From: a virus
Length of the DNA stretch: 48,932 nucleotides
Reading direction: 5' to 3' (one strand)
Virus record (IMG/VR): IMGVR_UViG_3300048858_000013
Coordinates: 1 to 48,932 of that record
Each line of letters starts with the position of its first letter. Within the stretch, counting starts at the first letter, position 1. Positions 45,943 to 48,932 of this stretch are shown piece by piece. Below the pieces are notes generated by a model. The model did not search any database, was not told the origin of the DNA, and saw only the letters and a program-made list of their open reading frames with translations. A program made the position numbers and the translations under genes.

Positions 45943-47533
45943 TGATCTCGATCAGATCGCCCGCCGCATTCGTGGTGATCGTCAGTTCCTGTTCCGTGAT
46001 GGTGTATTCCGTCGTGGGCCATTTAAGTCCATTGACGTAGACAAACACCTGAGTCACGACCAACCCACTGCTCGGAAGCAGAATCGCCTGCGGATCGCCA
46101 GTCCCCTCAGCTTGCATCGCCCACGGCTGAGGCCTTAACTGCTGGTTGGCCGACGCCAGTAGACTCTCGATGGTTTGCTCGGCAGTGGATCGCCATAGCT
46201 CCAGCGCTTTGAGTCGTTCATCATCGCGAGCCTTCGTTCGTTCCACCAAGCTCTTGAGCGAATCAATCTCTTGATAGACTCCGGTAAGATCGCCGCCTGT
46301 TCCTCCGCCACTTGCGAGTCGTCCAACGGCTTCATTGAGAGTTTCGATCTTCCGATTAAGATTGGCGTCTGTCGTGTTTCGCGACTTTGACTCGGCTTCG
46401 AGTCGCTGCTCAAACAATACTTGCTGCCGTCCGAGTGCCTCGATGGCAGCAGCGTAATCGTTATCCTCAATGGCCGCGATGGCCTTCTGGAGTTCCGCGA
46501 TCTCTGCTTCGATCGGAATCAGAAATGGTCTGACGCGCTGGTCGATATACTCGGGAGTTACGCCACCATTGAGTCCGACGCTCCAAGTTCCAGCTGGAAG
46601 AATCCAAGCCTTCTTGCCCTTCGTGGTCGGGACTGTCACGATAGCTGGAGTCGGATCGATGATGCGCGCGACTTCAGGTCCGGGCCCGACCACAAGGATC
46701 GCCGGATTCGCAGGGTCCCAAGTTAGGGATTGGTCGGCAACGATGGGGCCATCTGACTCAACCGTGATGGTAACGGGAGCGCGCCCATGCGTCATCACCC
46801 AGCCGTACTTCCCGGCCACATCTCCAGAAGCAAGGTTGAGTCCGAGAGGACGCCAGATGCTCGTGCGCTTGAGGGTTTGGCTGCCGACCCACTCAGTACC
46901 ACCACGATCCGAACCCAGCATCAGAGTCGGCTGAACGGTGTCTGCCGCATACTGAACAAACCGGCCACTGATCAGGCCCATCTGCGGGTGCACGAATCGA
47001 GTCATAGACCCGAGCGTGAACTCAGCCTTGTCGGCAGGCAGCGTCGCGACTTCCCACGGGAAGGTTGAATCGCCCGCCTGAGTCAAGTTATGCTGTTGCC
47101 TCAGGAGTTCCGCTTGCTCGCGCAGGTACTCATAAAGCTCCGGGTCTTCCGCCGCGAGCTTATTGGGTACGTCGGGGCGGTATGGATTCAACTCCAAGGA
47201 GGTCGCGCGCGCGACTGGACCCGGTCGCGTAGGCGCTTCGTAATCCAATTCGCCGATCGGCCAAATCTCTGAGTCGGAAGGCCGAACAAGAAGATCAAAC
47301 TTAAGCAGATCGCCCAACGAGCGAAGCACTTCAGCATGAATCGACGCAAACTCAGTCTGGTAAACATCATGAGTCTGATGCGTTACTTCGATATAACCCG
47401 AAGCGAATTGAAGTGGATAGAACTGAGTGGTCTGATGAGTCACCTCTGCAACATAAGTCGCAACTGCAAACGGTGCATCATCCTGCCGAGTTACTTCGGC
47501 AGCCAACCACCCAGTTCTAGTTTCATCCACCAT
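45932..47533 (-). CDS. Tail fibre / tail-associated protein with a central coiled coil, 533 aa
   Basis: Heptad-like segment AEIAELQKAIAAIED ... LEAESKSRNTTDANLNRKIETLNEAVGRL. It overlaps the downstream fibre gene by 11 nt. Confidence 0.75.
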   Translation of the reverse strand: MVDETRTGWLAAEVTRQDDAPFAVATYVAEVTHQTTQFYPLQFASGYIEVTHQTHDVYQTEFASIHAEVLRSLGDLLKFDLLVRPSDSEIWPIGELDYEAPTRPGPVARATSLELNPYRPDVPNKLAAEDPELYEYLREQAELLRQQHNLTQAGDSTFPWEVATLPADKAEFTLGSMTRFVHPQMGLISGRFVQYAADTVQPTLMLGSDRGGTEWVGSQTLKRTSIWRPLGLNLASGDVAGKYGWVMTHGRAPVTITVESDGPIVADQSLTWDPANPAILVVGPGPEVARIIDPTPAIVTVPTTKGKKAWILPAGTWSVGLNGGVTPEYIDQRVRPFLIPIEAEIAELQKAIAAIEDNDYAAAIEALGRQQVLFEQRLEAESKSRNTTDANLNRKIETLNEAVGRLASGGGTGGDLTGVYQEIDSLKSLVERTKARDDERLKALELWRSTAEQTIESLLASANQQLRPQPWAMQAEGTGDPQAILLPSSGLVVTQVFVYVNGLKWPTTEYTITEQELTITTNAAGDLIEIIGF

Positions 47534-47537
47534 CGAA

Positions 47538-48590
47538 TCACACCGTTATTTCAGGCCGCAGAATGAGATCGTTAACAGCCTCGCGAGTCCAATCGACATT
47601 GCCGTCGGGATTCTTCGAGAGTCTACGTTCATACCGGGCGAAGCCAGAACCCATGTAGATATCTGGACCCATATCGACGACCTCGCCGGACTCAAGACCT
47701 AGCGCAATCGCTCGAATCGTTGAACCGGTTTGCTGGCCAAGCATGATCAAATTGACCTCGAAAATCGTAGCCGAGTCCGAGGAAAGATTCTTGATCGTAT
47801 ACTGGTCATACTGACCCGGCGCAGTCCCGATAACGTAGTCCGCAATATTCGGAGTCACGTCGTCAATCATGGCCGCGTTGTCAGCGCCGGTCAATGGGGT
47901 GAAGTCCTGATGGGCTCCATTGCCATCAACAGGCAAGGACTCGATACGGATAGGTCCGCGACGAATCGGTTCATCCCAGATATAGATGTCGTCGATTCGC
48001 CAGTTGACTCCGCCCGCGAATTGCGGATGCACGCCCAGATCGAGATAGCGTGCAGGGCCGGGACCGTCGAATACAGTGTCGATATTCACAGCACTAATCA
48101 CAGGCTCAGGATCGCCGTTCATATAGAGTCGAACGAATCCTTCAGTCTTGTGGAGTTTGATCTCCAACTCGAAGAAGTTCCAGACGTTCGGCTGAATCAG
48201 ATACGGGGCCGACCGGCAATTTGCCTGAATGACTCGTGCGCCATTCGCGCCACCATTGAAAAAGATGCTGCCGTCCGGATCAATCATGATTCCCCATTGC
48301 CGCTGCAAATTGGCATTGAGAGTCTTGATGTATGACCCACCCATGAATCCAGTGGGCAAACCATACCAAAGGCCCGAGAATCCAACCGTGAACTCCGTGA
48401 TTTCTTCATCGAGTGGGCGGAAGCACTCGTTGGACTGCTGATTGCCCAGGAACAACGATCGGCCCAGGAATCGGCCCGGCTGCAACGAGTAATCGCCACG
48501 GTCAGTGCAAGTCCAACGACTGAAGAAACCAACCGGCGCATCACGGCCGGTATAGGTGTCAAACGATTCGCGAAAAACAAACTTTGCCAT
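47538..48590 (-). CDS. Virion/tail structural protein, 350 aa, jelly-roll (ConA-like) appearance
   Basis: Co-oriented, beta-rich ORF with a segment WNFFELEIKLHKTEGFVRLYMNGDP. The function is inferred from position. Confidence 0.7.
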   Translation of the reverse strand: MAKFVFRESFDTYTGRDAPVGFFSRWTCTDRGDYSLQPGRFLGRSLFLGNQQSNECFRPLDEEITEFTVGFSGLWYGLPTGFMGGSYIKTLNANLQRQWGIMIDPDGSIFFNGGANGARVIQANCRSAPYLIQPNVWNFFELEIKLHKTEGFVRLYMNGDPEPVISAVNIDTVFDGPGPARYLDLGVHPQFAGGVNWRIDDIYIWDEPIRRGPIRIESLPVDGNGAHQDFTPLTGADNAAMIDDVTPNIADYVIGTAPGQYDQYTIKNLSSDSATIFEVNLIMLGQQTGSTIRAIALGLESGEVVDMGPDIYMGSGFARYERRLSKNPDGNVDWTREAVNDLILRPEITV

Positions 48591-48593
48591 GAT

Positions 48594-48911
48594 TCAAATC
48601 CTGAATACCCCGTTGGGGGAGAATCGAAGAAGGAGTTCCGGCGCCGGAATGATGAATGGGAGGTCGGCAAAAGCCGTCTGATTCACAAAGGCAATCAGCT
48701 TAGAACCGCCCGTCCACGAGAAGTAGAAGACGATTGCTTGCATCACGTCACCTGGAGTCAAACCTAGCAACTGAAGCTCCCCAACTTTGACGGTCGATCC
48801 CTCCAGTGTACCCGCAAGCTCGCCATCCTTCAGGACTCCAGTCAGCTGATCCCGCGTGTGAGCGGCGTTGAAATCATACGAGTCATTAACGACCGCATAC
48901 TTCAAAACCAC
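48594..48911 (-). CDS. Hypothetical structural-module protein, 105 aa; its 5' end lies in the terminal repeat
   Basis: Its stop lies 3 nt before the start of the next gene. The start codon at 48911 corresponds to position 106 in the left repeat copy. The gene therefore follows the 172-522 gene on the circular map. Confidence 0.7.
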   Translation of the reverse strand: MVLKYAVVNDSYDFNAAHTRDQLTGVLKDGELAGTLEGSTVKVGELQLLGLTPGDVMQAIVFYFSWTGGSKLIAFVNQTAFADLPFIIPAPELLLRFSPNGVFRI

Positions 48912-48932
48912 GTCCGCAGGCTTTGCGCCGAG
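48806..48932. repeat. Right copy of exact 127-bp terminal direct repeat (identical to 1-127)
   Basis: Read directly; see the left copy. Confidence 0.95.

Overview
This window is one complete tailed-phage genome. Bases 1-127 repeat exactly at 48806-48932, which indicates a circular assembly overlap or terminal redundancy, so the unique length is 48,805 bp. GC looks like roughly 55% by eye; I did not compute it.

Gene layout:
- A rightward early/replication block (11665-29978, + strand) encodes a RecD/Dda-like SF1 helicase, a Cas4-like PD-(D/E)XK nuclease, an AAA_24/Sak4-like ATPase and a DUF669-like SSB candidate. It also encodes a MazG-like NTP pyrophosphatase, a family A DNA polymerase with a degenerate UDG-like N-terminal domain, a dNMP-kinase-like protein, a DUF3987-like P-loop NTPase, a DnaQ-like exonuclease and an SLT/lysozyme-like lysin.
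- A leftward morphogenesis block runs 9272->172 and continues across the junction 48911->29979. It carries a terS-like gene, terL, portal, scaffold, major capsid, fibre proteins with discoidin, tail-collar and ConA-like domains, and internal/ejection proteins of 286, 1028 (SLT domain) and 1799 aa. The layout is podovirus-like: I recognised no tape measure, sheath or tube set.
- A short leftward early operon (10917-9652) has its own terminator.

I recognised no tRNA, rRNA, CRISPR array, integrase, RNA polymerase, primase or DNA methyltransferase.

The most striking signal is not a gene. The pentamer GANTC, above all GAGTC/GACTC, is about 4-6 fold over-represented across the whole genome. It occurs on both strands, in all codon phases, and is densest in the non-coding control regions.

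Other notable items:
- a 14-nt repeat array upstream of terS;
- an iteron-like divergent control region;
- a recurrent GL[GS]FL-KK peptide at the termini of replication proteins.

All protein-family calls come from motif recognition by eye. No database search was run.
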